Origin: Lytechinus pictus
Taxonomy: Eukaryota
Reading direction: 5' to 3'
Assembly (NCBI RefSeq): GCF_037042905.1
Contig: NC_087252.1
Coordinates: forward strand, 11,534,001 to 11,598,000
Length of the DNA: 64,000 bases
A program made the position numbers and the translations under genes. Positions 1 to 12,206 of the stretch are shown here, piece after piece. How positions within the stretch are numbered: the stretch's first letter is position 1; every line of letters starts with the position of its first letter. Below the pieces are notes generated by a model. The model searched no databases. It worked only from the letters and a program-made list of their open reading frames with translations, and was not told the origin of the DNA.

Positions 1-1139
1 TGTAATGTCATTTCATGTTATCTTCAACTCCTCCCACTCTGCATCTATTTAATCCAATCAAATGCGATGTCAATAAAAAATGCGCGTAGTGTTTAAATAC
101 GCAATGCAGTGTCGCGCTTGTAGACAGCAATCAATTACCGCAGCAGAACATACACCAGCCGCACAGTGTACACGCACTAGCTTACACGTGTTCGGCAACC
201 TGCCAACCGGCATCGGAAGGACGGTGACAACAAAGGCTGACCAAATGTCCAAACCAAAGCCGATTAAACGACGAGAAAACTTCACCGATCACGAGAGGGA
301 CATACTCGTGGATGAAGAGATGGAAAGAAAAGTCATCATAAAAAAAACGCTCGGAGCAAACCTTACACATGCAATGAAACTGACAGCATGGCAAAACATC
401 GCAGAAGGCTTTGCATCAGGAAATAAAAGATCTGTAGACGATGTCCGAGAGAAATTGAAACAATTGAAGTCAAGAAAGAGCACTCGAGACGAAAGAAGGA
501 AGTGAACGCTACAGGGGGTGGACCACCAGGACTCCTCCCATGGAAAAATCAAATTGATGGAATACATTGGAGAGGTATCCCTCGATGGGATTATCGTTGG
601 CATGGATACTTTCAAGCCTGCATTAACCTCAACAACAACCATCGATGACGATCAAGAGAAGGACGCGTTGGAAACCCTTGCTGGGTTAGCAACTGGTCTT
701 GAGAAAGTGCCATGCGGTAAGCCATTTTGTTTTTGTTTCGCATTGGCTTAAATAAATCTGAAAATGTTGGTGTATACCTCATCCTCGTCACTAATCCTCT
801 TTAATAATGATGCAAAAGATTTTATATTCTAAAATGTGACAAACTTTTTGTCTAGCATCACCAAGTATAGTGGTCAACATTGATATCGTATTAGCTGAGG
901 GCTAAGGCATCTAGACCTATAGGAGTCCCAAAATTTGATATTTTATACAAAGTGAATAGGAATCTTTTCTCCATTTTAAGAGGAAATTGAAAGAATATTT
1001 TTCACTTGAGAGTCAAAGAGAAGATGCAAATGATCTACGGCTGGTTTAGCCTGAATACTGACCATGTTTTTTTATCTTCTCTGCCAGATATTATTATTTA
1101 TTTTACATATGATTGAAGTTTTTTGATCGATATGTCCTT

Positions 1140-1465
1140 TCTTCTTTTACTAATTTTTCTTTTCCCTCTTCCTTCTATTTTCCTCTTCGTGTCATTATTG
1201 TTGTTGTTGTTTTTGTTGTTCTTCTCCTTTTTCTTTTTCTTCCTTATAATATCCTTTTTCTTTCGCAATTCTTGATAATAATCCGCTTTTAAAAAGTGCT
1301 TAATCCATCTTCCTTCTTCTTTTTCTCCTCCTCCTTCTTCTTCTCCTTCCTCTTCTTCATCTCCTCCTTCTCCTTCTCCTCCTTTTTATTCTCCTTTTTT
1401 CCTCCTCCTTCTTCTTCTCTTTCTTTTTCTTCTTCTCCTTTTTCTTCTTCTTTTCTTCTTTATAT
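1140..1465. repeat. Low-complexity polypyrimidine (CTT/CCT)n tract
   Basis: Runs of ttc/ctc/ctt; explains the spurious F/S-rich ORF 1296..1658. Confidence 0.85.
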
Positions 1466-1584
1466 TCTTCATGTATATAAAACATCTATGTCTTATTTAT
1501 TGCCAATGGTAAATTTAGATTTTGTTTTTTGTTTCCTTTTTTGTAAACAGTATAATTTTACCTTTTATTATCGCAATTCTATAC

Positions 1585-1716
1585 ATGTCAAGGACCCCAC
1601 TGGAAATAAGCTTTTGAGCTCTGGTGGGTCATCCTGTGCAAGCCTGTTGTTTCTTTAATGATACTGTGTATATATTGGTGACTTGCCAATTGAAATAAAT
1701 CAATCAATCAATCAAT
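1585..1716 (+). mobile_element. 3' end fragment of a LINE/SINE with (CAAT)n tail
   Basis: aggacccc...gggtcatcct stem-like segment followed by aaataaatcaatcaatcaatcaat. Confidence 0.5.
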
Positions 1717-2059
1717 TTTATTCTAGAACCAAAGGAAACAGCATCTCGACCTGCATTATCACCAACTCCCTCCAAAAGATCCAGTCCCCCATCATCCCTT
1801 CCTTCCAGCACTAGCAAGTTGCCGCGAAAATCTAATGACGGATCATGAACATCACCATTATCATCACAATCAACTTCATATCAAAATTTATATCATCAAC
1901 ATCATTATCATTCATCACCATTGCTTTTATTTCTTCAATTTTTTCCCAATTTACACTTTATTCCACACATAAGTTCACGACACCCAAGGCCATGGAACCA
2001 ATATGCAGGCATATATAATGAAGAATAATCTAAGAATAGATATTAGCAGTAATACTTAC

Positions 2060-2188
2060 TGATCAAACCAGTGAGAACACTCCCCATGGATAAAGGAAGA
2101 GATGTACGTTGGAAAGTGTAAACAGGTCATCGTGTCGGCACACCATGCACAGTTCTTGATATCAATGCAACTCTTGCAGTCAGTGATC
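2060..2188 (-). CDS. MEGF8: MEGF8 exon 18 (PSI repeat)
   Basis: ITDCKSCIDIKNCAWCADTMTCLHFPTYISSFIHGECSHWFDQ; cag|...|gtaag, phase 2/2. The gene continues beyond the window start. Confidence 0.92.
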
Positions 2189-2710
2189 CTGTAAAGTAAA
2201 AAAATAATAACATTGCAGCAATGACAATCATTCACTAGAATATGTTCCTCTAAAACTTTTGTCAACTTATGCGCAAATAAAAAGGAGAGTATAAAGTTTG
2301 TGCCAACTGTTGTCAACCTATGCGCAAGTAAAAAAGGTCAGTATGTTCAGTTTGTGGATATTCACACAAATAAATCACAGAAAAATTCAATTGCAAATCA
2401 AGGGAAAATCCCCAAATTGAGCATAATGGGGCATTGTAAGAAAGCTGAAGTAAAATTGAATGCAAATCAGCTACAACTACGGATTTAATCAAAAGGATTT
2501 GCGCTTGATTTTGGGAGTATCACAAGATTTGAAATAGAGCACAAATGCCCTATAAGTGTTCATAGATCTGGATCAGACTATTATTAACACTGCAAGTGTA
2601 CAAATGGGCGACAACATAAATGATGTGCTTGAATCAAAATAAACAACAAACATAATTTCATACTAAATTAAGACTATTTTCTATCTCAAAAAAATGAAAA
2701 TGATACTCAC

Positions 2711-2814
2711 TCCTGGCACTTTGGAGGACACTCTCCTGGATCCTTCAACGCGTGGTCAAAGCGCCCTCGCCTGGTACAGGATACATCAGCATTCATCCAC
2801 TCACACAACGGATC
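2711..2814 (-). CDS. MEGF8: MEGF8 exon 17
   Basis: Manual translation DPLCEWMNADVSCTRRGRFDHALKDPGECPPKCQ; cag|...|gtgag, phase 0/2. Confidence 0.92.
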
Positions 2815-3121
2815 CTGATATACATGTATACAACAAAAGAATTTCAAGTCAATGCAATACAGACCTGGGCCAGGTATTATCACAAAGGTTAGTTATTAAT
2901 CGCGAATATGAAAGAACAATTCTGATTGGTTCCTAGTCAGTCTATTGAGCAAAATGCTCATGCAACAATGGTGCTGATAGGCCGTTTCATTCAGCTGTTT
3001 GTAAACCACACATGACTTTGTCCATGACTGGTGGTCCTGTCTTGTTCTATAAAGTGAGACACCTGAATTTTTCTCTGTATTCATATAATGTGATAGCATT
3101 TCCTGAAATCATGATAAAAAT

Positions 3122-3697
3122 TTATCATCAAAATGATTTTCATCATCATTACCACCATTGCTACCATCATCGTCATCACCACCATAATCGTCATCATAAT
3201 TGTTTTAATTTGCCAATGTCTTTATCAAAATTGCCATAATTACCATTACATTTATCATCATCAGCACCACCACCATCACCACTATCACAATCACTATCAT
3301 CATTGTCATCACCATCACAATCATCGTCATCACCATCACAATCATCGTCATCACCATCACAATCATCATCTTTATTATCACTATCATCATCACCATCACA
3401 ATCATCATCTTTATTATCACTATCATCATCGTCATCACCATCACAATCATCGTCATCACCATCACAATCATCGTCATCACCATCACAATCATCGTCATCA
3501 CCATCACAATCATCATCTTTATTATCACTATCATCATCATCAATACCATCACAATCATCATCTTTATTATCACTATCATCATCGTCATCACCATCACAAT
3601 CATCGTCATCACCATCACAATCATCGTCATCACCATCACAATCATCATCTTTATTATCACTATCATCATCATCAACACCAGCAACATCAACATCAAT
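3122..3697. repeat. Compound (CAT/CAC)n microsatellite with higher-order units
   Basis: Units such as caccatcacaatcatcgtcat and caatcatcatctttattatcactatcatcat; source of the His-, Ser- and Met/Val-rich spurious ORFs. Confidence 0.95.
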
Positions 3698-3770
3698 GTC
3701 ACTTCTTAAATCATTCGAGCGGCTACATGAAGCTGCAAGTGTTTTTCAACAATCACAACATTCAACTCAC

Positions 3771-4022
3771 CGACGTGCACAGGTCACAGTTCCAATGCTG
3801 ACTGCAATTCCCACAATTGTCCACATCCAAGACCAGATAGTGCTCGATGGGTCTCGAGGAAGTCCCGCAGCGGTCCATGGAAAGGGTTGGTCCATCCCGG
3901 AGCTCACACGTATCGCTCACAGGACACCAGCCACACGCAGCATCGGTCAGACACCCCCGGCAGGTGGAGTAATTGGTGCAGGAGTCGGATTTGTACGGCT
4001 GGAGGTAGTCTGAGGTGAAGCT
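3771..4022 (-). CDS. MEGF8: MEGF8 exon 16 (PSI repeat)
   Basis: Manual translation SFTSDYLQPYKSDSCTNYSTCRGCLTDAACGWCPVSDTCELR...YLVLDVDNCGNCSQHWNCDLCTS; tag|...|gtgag, phase 0/0. Confidence 0.93.
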
Positions 4023-4371
4023 CTATGTGAATAAACAATGAAATGATAAAAATAAAGAATTGTTAGACTTTTGTTTTCTTTGTAATGATTCCTCCAGGTT
4101 GAAAAACAGTTCCATGACATTTGCTCGAGAGACAATTGCTACGCTATAAAATTCCACACACTCAAATGGCTAACTGCAACCATAGATTTAACACTACAAC
4201 CTACCTTAAACCCAACAAAAAACTTATTGAAACCCTCCCCCTAACCCTACATCTTAGTTTTTTTTAAAGTCCAAAGCAATTGATGCAGGAGCAACTGTCA
4301 TGTCACCTCGACAACTGCAGCTGACAAAGAAATTGTACATGTGGTTCACAGCAGGCATAGTTAACCCCAGT

Positions 4372-4682
4372 GGCCCGTATTCTGAAGTCTGGTTTAACTT
4401 AGACCATGGTCTAACTCTGTGCTAAAATTATGGGAAGCCAAAAGTGTCAAAATTTTAATTAAGTTGTATGTTTCTTATGTTTACTGTGCTCTTTTCTGAT
4501 TCATCGATGGTGAAGACAATCAGCTATTTATACTTCCTAGACAATTATGAATGATTTGAGAGCAAAATGAGCTGAAATATGATATCTCTACTGTTAGTGA
4601 TTTATGTAACAATTGGCTGTCCATACTTAAACCACAACTTTAAACCTGAGTTTAAGTTAAACCCGACTTCAGAATACGGGCC
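4372..4682. mobile_element. MITE with long TIRs and 3-bp TSD (Harbinger-like); related copies at about 19366-19685, 34935-35251 and 37803-38360
   Basis: ggcccgtattctgaagtc ... gacttcagaatacgggcc flanked by agt/agt. Confidence 0.8.
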
Positions 4683-4949
4683 AGTGACATTATATTGCAA
4701 TACAGTACTAAACAGGGTTTATATTCACAGTGGTACATTTACCATATAGGACATGCAAGAAACCGAGAGAGGAGTGATCAGACAACCTTGATCATACATG
4801 CTGAACATACATTTTCAATATGATGAAAAACAAATCAATGTTTAATAATGCTACATGGGAAAACACCTACTACCACAGATAATGACTCATGTCATATCCA
4901 TGTCTCACTTTTTCAAGGTATGTAAATTGTACATTAGATTAGCTCTTAA

Positions 4950-5713
4950 CCCTCAATCACCCGGGGTATTTTGATTCTTGTCATTCCCGGGGGGGGGCCA
5001 TTATGGCCCCCCCTTAAGATCTCGGCCGCTGATCGCTCGAGCGACGCAAAAATTTGCATGCTGGTTGTGTGCGATGTAATCTACAAGGCTGTATGGTAAA
5101 ATTTTCCAAAATAATGAGATTTTATTTTATATGAATTAATTATGCTAATTTATGCATAAATCATACTTTTTGCTCTAATTCACTAAATAAAAGTCCTAGA
5201 ATGCTAATTTTTGGTTAAAATATTCTTTGTAGCATTCTTAACAATCGCAATTAAAAAAAACTTCGGTTTGGAAATCAATTTCTTATGTATTTTATTGTTT
5301 TATGAATTTCTTATGTATTTCATTGGTTTTTTTTACTTTTTGTTTTTTATTGTTTTTTCAATGGAAATCGTTCCAGACTTAATTCTGATCATAAGCAAGG
5401 CAAAATTAATTAAATTCAATCAGTAAAAAAAGAAATAATGATACATTTATGAATTTTGGCTAAATACACAATTTGCATTAAATTTGTACATGAAATCACG
5501 TTTATGAGCAATTTTGGGTCTGACATGCGCTTACATAATGTTGCGTAATGTCGTAACCGCGTATCCGGGCGTCACAAATTTGGTCTCAAAATTTGCGCGA
5601 GACTTGAAAGTAAAAAGTCAGTGAGCGGCGAGGTCAAAAAATTTTGCGCAGCGGATATATCGCGAAAATTGTCGAGGGGGGGCCATTATGGCCCCCCCCC
5701 GGGAGAATTAGGG
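4950..5713. mobile_element. Non-autonomous piggyBac-like element
   Basis: TTAA|ccct...aggg|TTAA, imperfect TIRs, and the subterminal gggggccattatggccccc motif at both ends. Confidence 0.8.
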
Positions 5714-5896
5714 TTAATAGATGGTATATAATATAAAAAGTGAAATTGACTTGTATTGACTGCTTTTTAGCAAATAGAAAGAAATTAATGCATTAACACA
5801 TGGCAATTTGATTTATCTTGTTCCATAAAAGCACATATCTTGCTTATATTAGTGATCTCAATAACCACCAGTTTTGTGAAATGACCTTCAACAGCC

Positions 5897-6020
5897 AGGG
5901 TCCTGTTGCATAAAAGTTATTATCATGGTAACTTTGGCATCCAATGGTAGCATTGTTACCATGGCAATAACCATTGGATGGTAAAGTTACTATAATAGTA
6001 ACTTTTATGCAATGGGCCCC
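5897..6020. mobile_element. Small palindromic MITE; related copy at about 37334-37508
   Basis: gggtcctgttgcataaaagtta ... taacttttatgcaatgggccc. Confidence 0.7.
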
Positions 6021-6101
6021 AGATATCCCTTTCATCAGTTATTAACAATTACACATTTCTAAATAAGAAAGGTTTGGTAACCCTGTTCACTCTAAACTTA
6101 C

Positions 6102-6320
6102 ATGGTATGTGAGACCACTGGGAACATAACCATTCCAGCGAAGTTCCATAGCAGAGCTGATGTATTGCATGTTTGATGTGATCTCTTTCCTCTCCTCCAT
6201 GATCGTATAGTACTTGGTCCCCGGGCTGGTGTCAGGGAAGATAGGATCGGTGGTAGGAGTACGCTTGGCCAGGATGGGCGACTCGTTTGTACTGCTTAGA
6301 GCTCTTTCAGCTACCTTCAC
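6102..6320 (-). CDS. MEGF8: MEGF8 exon 15
   Basis: VKVAERALSSTNESPILAKR...IFPDTSPGTKYY...MELRWNGYVPSGLTYH; cag|...|gtaag, phase 0/0. Confidence 0.88.
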
Positions 6321-6868
6321 CTGAGAGTATGCAATAAGACAATGTACATTGCAATGATAATAACAATAAACATTCATATACAGATGTATCTGCCTAAGTC
6401 AACTGATTGTTAAATTTTTGAAGATGCTATTAACACAAGTTTGTAAATGTAATACAAGCATCAAACAGTTGTTGTAAAAGGGTGTTATATCATGCTTCTT
6501 TTGTACGACAGAAATTTGAGCGACAAGAAAAATTTGAAATCCATGATTAGAATAACAAATGTTAGCACATTCTGGTCTGAAAAAGTGATTTCTTTGGTGC
6601 TATTCTACTTATGGAAGGTCGACATATCCAGAATGTACTGCGATGCAATCCATCTAGTAATTTTCTATTCCAAGGTGAATTATTATCATTACCAGGATTT
6701 TGTTCAAACTGCCGCTTCTTCAGCAGTGCTCAAGAGCTTTCATGGAATTAATCCAAACTATCAATTAAATTTTCATTCATGGTACTGCATGAATCTTTCT
6801 CTTATTTTGTTGGTCCTTTAGATGGTTGAAAAAAAATACATTGAATGGAATTCAAGAGAAGCACTCAC

Positions 6869-7072
6869 TGCATTCGAAGGGTTTTCATCCGTGCTCATGG
6901 TCAGAGTAGCCTCTGCTCTGGTGGCCTTGATCCAGACCGATGGCGACGTTGCGCCCTGAGGGTAGAGGAATCCCTTGAAGACCACTGTGTAGTACCCACC
7001 AGCGCTCACCTCTGAGGATTGCAGGACAGGGTAGTAGCTGACTGTCTGCTGGGTAGTTGTTATTATGGACAC
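6869..7072 (-). CDS. MEGF8: MEGF8 exon 14
   Basis: VSIITTTQQ...VVFKGFLYP...STDENPSNA; tag|...|gtgag, phase 0/0. Confidence 0.9.
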
Positions 7073-7915
7073 CTAGGTGAGAGAAGAGGGGAGACCATCA
7101 GCTAATGCCAGACTGTCAAAGGACAAGGTCAAGGACTAACTGCTTAAAGGCGAAAGCCAAGTACTAGAAGTTAGCAAAAAAGAACAAGGCCAAGACTGTG
7201 AAATTGTCCTTGGGGAAACTGGAGATCATCATCTGTGTTAGGTGTCTTGAGGCACCTTGAGACAATGATTGACCATCTCATACATGTATCTTGTCTCTGT
7301 GTCAAATGCTAACATCATGGTCTTGGTCACTGTCTCGTCTCAGAGGCTAAGACATTTTTTACTGCAATTAAAAGGAGCTTCATTATGATGAGTTAATCTC
7401 AACGCTTTCATTCACTCAGTTTGGAATTACAAGGTGGCCAGAAGTTGATGAACGTAGACACCTAACTTGTCTGAAGTAATTTATAAAATAAACATTGTTG
7501 GGGTGCTGATAAATGAATGCAATGAAAAGCAACAACAATACTTAAAAGACTCCACACCATACTTGAGATAGAGTGTAACTGACTATTTCCTTCCTGATCT
7601 GGATAAGAGAAGTTCTCATCATGGTTATCCCAGGAGGAAAATCATTAGAACATCTACACTATATTTCATCACTTTACTTGAAATAAAGTGTTGACTTCTT
7701 TTTCATGTCAGGTTTGGTTTTATGTCTGGTGTTTGCTTCCCCTACACACATACTACATGTATACTACAACACCATAATTAAAATAAGGTGCTACTGACTA
7801 CTTCCTCATTTGAGGTTTGGTGTTATGTCCAGTGTTAATGTTTTCCCCTACCCACATACCACATATAATTTTTCAACACCATACTTAAATCAAGGTGTAA
7901 GTTATTACTTCCTAC

Positions 7916-8079
7916 CTGATCTGGATAAGATAAGTTCTGCGGATGGGTGTATCTCATCATGGTTATACCAGGAGGAAAGTCAGCAGTCTTACACTGGTCA
8001 AAGGATGCAATGAAGGTTGATGAAGGTCCCCACCACGCACCAGAATCACCGGCAGATGGATCACACGTACCCGATGGAG
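7916..8079 (-). CDS. MEGF8: MEGF8 exon 13
   Basis: APSGTCDP...WWGPSSTFIASFDQCKTADFPPGITMMRYTHPQNLSYPDQ; cag|...|gtagg, phase 1/0. Confidence 0.92.
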
Positions 8080-8692
8080 CTGAAAGGTTGAACAACAGGA
8101 AAGAAAGACAAATAAAAAATAATAATGCTCCACTTTTATATCTAATGCTAAATACATCACAATATCTCAAAATGCTAAGCAAATTACCCCAGTCATTACA
8201 TTCTGGTTTCCATAAAATGAACATGTATGTACTATCTTTACTTAACAAGAAGTTTCAAACTCAATTGCTAGGCATTCCTTTATAACAATATTCTGCGGCA
8301 CATTTGAAAAAAACCATGCGAAAAAAGTGGATTGCAAAAGCCATTTTTTCAGGATGAAACATAGATTTCTGACTCATGTTAAAAGGCTAAAATCAGCAAT
8401 ATCCTATAATGAACAATGACAAATAATGACTGTTATTGAAGTACATATAGTACATGTACATATTAAAAGGAAAATTTGCTATCAACTTTCTGACATAGAC
8501 ATAGTAAAAATATCATAGCATGATATGTACCTGTGTAATGTCATTAAGTCAAAGTGAATTCTTTTGAAAAATACACACTATTCACTTGTTTTTTAATTGG
8601 CAATGTTATGAGCAGTATAGTATTGATAGTTCTCAGCACTCCCTACATGCAAATGTTCAAAATTTACATTATTATTATTTGTTATCACTTAC

Positions 8693-8873
8693 CCGATAGA
8701 GAGTAACAGGCACGATCCTGCACACACCAGCCACACTGCTCGTTGACATGGGTGACCTCAGGGTCAAAGGTCGCTGTCTGGGCTCCCTGACCCCACAGCA
8801 TACAAGCCTCACATGTGATCAGAGCACTGCATATACCCGGACACTCGGGCTGGAGCAGTGTGCCTGAACAAGA
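8693..8873 (-). CDS. MEGF8: MEGF8 exon 12 (PSI repeat)
   Basis: SCSGTLLQPECPGICSALITCEACMLW...CGWCVQDRACYSLS; cag|...|gtaag, phase 0/1. Confidence 0.92.
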
Positions 8874-8989
8874 CTGTAAAACCAAAAGTGAAATAATAAG
8901 TATAATCCTTCAAAAATCAATAGAAAAGTTTCTTCCCTAAAAACTTTATGGTGATTCTTTTCAATGCTACAGCGACCCCTGTCACGATA

Positions 8990-9418
8990 ATCTATCTACA
9001 CCAAAGTCACTTATGTCTGGTGTATATGACACTGTCTGGTGTATGTATCTACATCTAACCCACCACTGACTGGTAAACACATAAATTTTACACCAGATCA
9101 AACCATGTATGGCATATTTTTCTACACCTGGCCCAACTGTGTCTGGTGTATTTTTCTTGTCTACACCCATCCTAGTCTGGTATATTTAGGGAGGGGGGAT
9201 TTCTACACCTTTACCCAATGCTCTCTGGTGTATTTTATCTACATCTAACCCAAGATTATCTGAAGAATTTTCTACACCTGACCACCCCGTCTCACTGGCT
9301 GGTGTTTCTTTTTACATCTGACCCACAACAGTCTAGTGTATTTCTTTACACAATACAAACCACAGTTCGGTGTACTATCTACACTACACCAAACACTCTA
9401 GTGTTATATATGACTTAC
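8990..9418. repeat. Degenerate ~35-40 bp minisatellite abutting the exon 11 donor
   Basis: Recurrent tctacacc...gtctggtgtat units. Confidence 0.75.
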
Positions 9419-9497
9419 CTGACTATCAGAGAAGCCCAGACAGGTGCTAGACTGAGGACACCAACCACACGCTGGATCAAGGGTGCAATTATTCTCA
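9419..9497 (-). CDS. MEGF8: MEGF8 exon 11 (PSI repeat)
   Basis: Manual translation ENNCTLDPACGWCPQSSTCLGFSDSQ; cag|...|gtaag, phase 2/0. Confidence 0.9.
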
Positions 9498-10149
9498 CTG
9501 AAATAAGATGAATGATGAAACAATATAATTTTTTCATAATGGGCTGTCTACAGGAGTTGTTAATGACTTGAAACAACCAAATCCAAACATTAAATCGTTT
9601 TTTTTTTATACATACTTTTTTTTCCCCTGAAAAAGCTGATTTTTAAATGAAACAAGATTACAAGATGGCTGTAACCCTGTGATCCCTTATATACAATTTT
9701 CATAACCTTGGAGTATCACAAGGTTGGGTGGTTGTATCATAATCACAAATTTTGTGCAGGACTGATCTATGACCTCTACCCCATCCCCCCCCCCCCCCCC
9801 CCCCCCCCGTTAATTCAGGGTTCAAATTAATGTTTTTGTATTTAAAAAAAATATATAATAATAATAATAATTAAACCCTTATCTTTTTATGAGTCTAGAG
9901 GCATGGATCATCTCAATATGAATTTATTCATGCATTAATAGTAAAAACTGCCATTTGTAATCTTTTCTTAAAACTAAAACCCAATCAAATTAGCCATGCT
10001 AAAGCCAGTGTTGTACAAAAACATCATTATAAGCAGGGCCTGCAGGAAGAACAGGAAATGAAGTGAATACCCTGTTTAAAATATGTTGTTATTATTATCA
10101 ATGTTATTTTCATTGCTGTTATTGAGAGAGTTGAAACTGTCATGCTTAC

Positions 10150-10354
10150 CTTTTATGAGAGCCACATGGATTCAAACTTTGGTTTGCTGTTGCGGGGTTG
10201 ATAGAAACGGTGCCAGGCATCTTGACGGCGAAAACATCGCTCTGAGTGACTCCGTTGAATCCACCGATGACGACCAAGGTTGTTTGGTCTCGTACCACTG
10301 CACTATGGGCAAATCGTCCCTTTGTGACGGTGTGAGGATTGTATGGTCCAGGTT
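10150..10354 (-). CDS. MEGF8: MEGF8 exon 10 (kelch repeat)
   Basis: Manual translation EPGPYNPHTVTKGRFAHSAVVRDQTTLVVIGGFNGVTQSDVFAVKMP...NPCGSHK; tag|...|gtaag, phase 1/2. Confidence 0.92.
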
Positions 10355-10677
10355 CTATGATATATTAATGAGGGTATGGAGGAGGATAGCATTATCTTTC
10401 TGATGATTCCAAGTTACAATATGCAGAGTGATAATGATATTACTAAGGGACAGAGGCTTTATGCTACAGTAATTCAGTAATAACTTTTTCTATCCCTTGT
10501 GTTCCAATGGTTGATATTTCTTATTTTGTATTGTTTATACTGAAATGTATTGTTTTTTCTTAAAATTTATTTGCTGAATAAATAATTATATTAATAATAG
10601 AGACAAAATGATAGTTAACAATAAAGAGGGGAAGAAAGGAAAGGGAAAAGAAAAGTTAAAGATAGCAAAGAAATAGT

Positions 10678-11251
10678 AACTAGTAAATCATTGACCCTGA
10701 CTACCTTTGAATCTATAGAAAATCCTGAACCCTAATACCCCTGTAACTAGTCAATAAATTGACCCCTATTTGACTAGCTATAGGAACTCACCTTGAAAGT
10801 AGAAGCCATCTCAACTTCAAAGAATTTATCATGGTCACCATTATCTCCCTTTACCTAGTCAATCACTGACCCAGGTATGTAACTAATCAGTTATTGACCC
10901 CTCTGTGACTAGCTATAGAAGCTCACTTTAAAAGTCTCCTGCCATCTCTTTATGAGATCCCGGGTGATACAGTTTTATGCCATCTTCAAAGCATTTTTCA
11001 TGGTCACCATAATACAAAACTAGTCAGTCACTGACCCCTTTAATACCTCTGTAATGAGTCAACTATTAACTCCTCTATGACTAGCTATAGGACCTCACCT
11101 TCAAAGAGTCTAGCCATTTCACTGAATGATATCCATGTATATGTGATAAAGTTCTATGCCATATTCAAAGCATTTCTCAGTCAATTAGTGACCCTTAAAA
11201 ATGACTCTGTAACTAGTCAATCATTTACCCCTCTGTGACAAGCTACAGGAG
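10678..11251. repeat. Degenerate tandem copies of exon 9 3' end plus donor
   Basis: Three copies with ctcac (GTGAG on minus) at 10787, 10922 and 11094, each followed by exon-like sequence. Confidence 0.9.
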
Positions 11252-11256
11252 CTCAC

Positions 11257-11412
11257 CTTGAAAGTCTCCGGCCATCTCACTGAATGATATCCATTTATGG
11301 CATCCGAGGTGATACAGTTCTATCCCATCTTCAAAGCATTTTTCATGGTCACCATAATCCTCTACCACCACAAAACCACCGGTGTTCGAGAGATGGTGAT
11401 GGACGTTTCCTC
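11257..11412 (-). CDS. MEGF8: MEGF8 exon 9 (kelch repeat)
   Basis: GGNVHHH...HEKCFEDGIELYHLGCHKWISFSEMAGDFQ, a diagnostic MEGF8 segment; cag|...|gtgag, phase 1/1. Confidence 0.95.
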
Positions 11413-11866
11413 CTGAAATATTCATACCAAAAATGTCTAATAGTTCAATTCAATTCAATTAATTTTTTCAGCATTAACATAAGCAATATAATATAAACAG
11501 TTACAATATGACATATCAACTAGTAACAGAAATAAAGTATGTATGCAAAGAGGGTAGTAATGTGGGACAGAGTAAAACTTGGTATTTATTCAAACCGGCA
11601 AGAAATTTTAACATGTACAAAATTTCTTGCTGACTTTCCCGACCAGGGTCGCGTAACACAAAGGTTAGCGATTGATCACCCACTTGATTTTCACGATTGA
11701 TTGTATATTGTAGTCTATGCAATCTATTGTAATATTCTACAATGATTGCTAAGCTTTGTGTCAAGGTGTATATCCTGTCCTGTTCATCATAAAATCTACA
11801 AAAATGAAGGGTAATACAATGACCTTTCCTCGTCACAATGATAGAGAAGAGTGTATGGCTTCTTAC

Positions 11867-12015
11867 CGTATACCACCATATAGTTGCCTATGATGTTTGC
11901 TGTGTGGTAAGACCTAGCTCTTACACTTCCAGACGAGGCCAGCTTGGTCCAGTAGCGATCCTCAAACTGAAAGGCATACACAGTGTTTATTCTACTACTC
12001 ACTAGTGTATTGTGC
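11867..12015 (-). CDS. MEGF8: MEGF8 exon 8 (kelch repeat)
   Basis: HNTLVSSRINTVYAFQFEDRYWTKL...ARSYHTANIIGNYMVVY; cag|...|gtaag, phase 2/1. Confidence 0.94.
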
Positions 12016-12206
12016 CTGTGAATGAAAATACAGGATGTTCACTTTAAACAAATAGTATACAAATAATGAACATTTATGAGTGAAATGGACGGAATACTTC
12101 ATGAGGTGAAAGATGAAATGATCCATTATTTGGTTTATATGACACCTAAAAATAGATCCTTGTCATTGTCATATTGTAGTCTTACTTCATAGTATTTATG
12201 TATTGA

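Larger units (their letters stand above)
245..1848 (+). pseudogene. Decayed Myb/SANT-like DNA-binding protein gene (PIF/Harbinger-associated type), antisense within a MEGF8 intron
   Basis: MSKPKPIKRRENFTDHERDILVDE...KLTAWQNIAE...RSVDDVREKLKQLK fits the Myb/SANT-like pattern. The family-typical KEVNATGGGPP and MEYIGEVSLDGIIVGMDT segments follow in shifted frames (about 475-545). A phase-1 donor at 716/717 is compatible with the acceptor at 1726/1727 and gives a Ser/Pro-rich tail ending in TGA at 1846-1848. Confidence 0.7.

Noticed and set aside
3012..4013. Long His-rich, Ser-rich and Met/Val-rich ORFs
   Set aside because: Translations of a (CAT/CAC)n microsatellite plus the antisense of MEGF8 exon 16.
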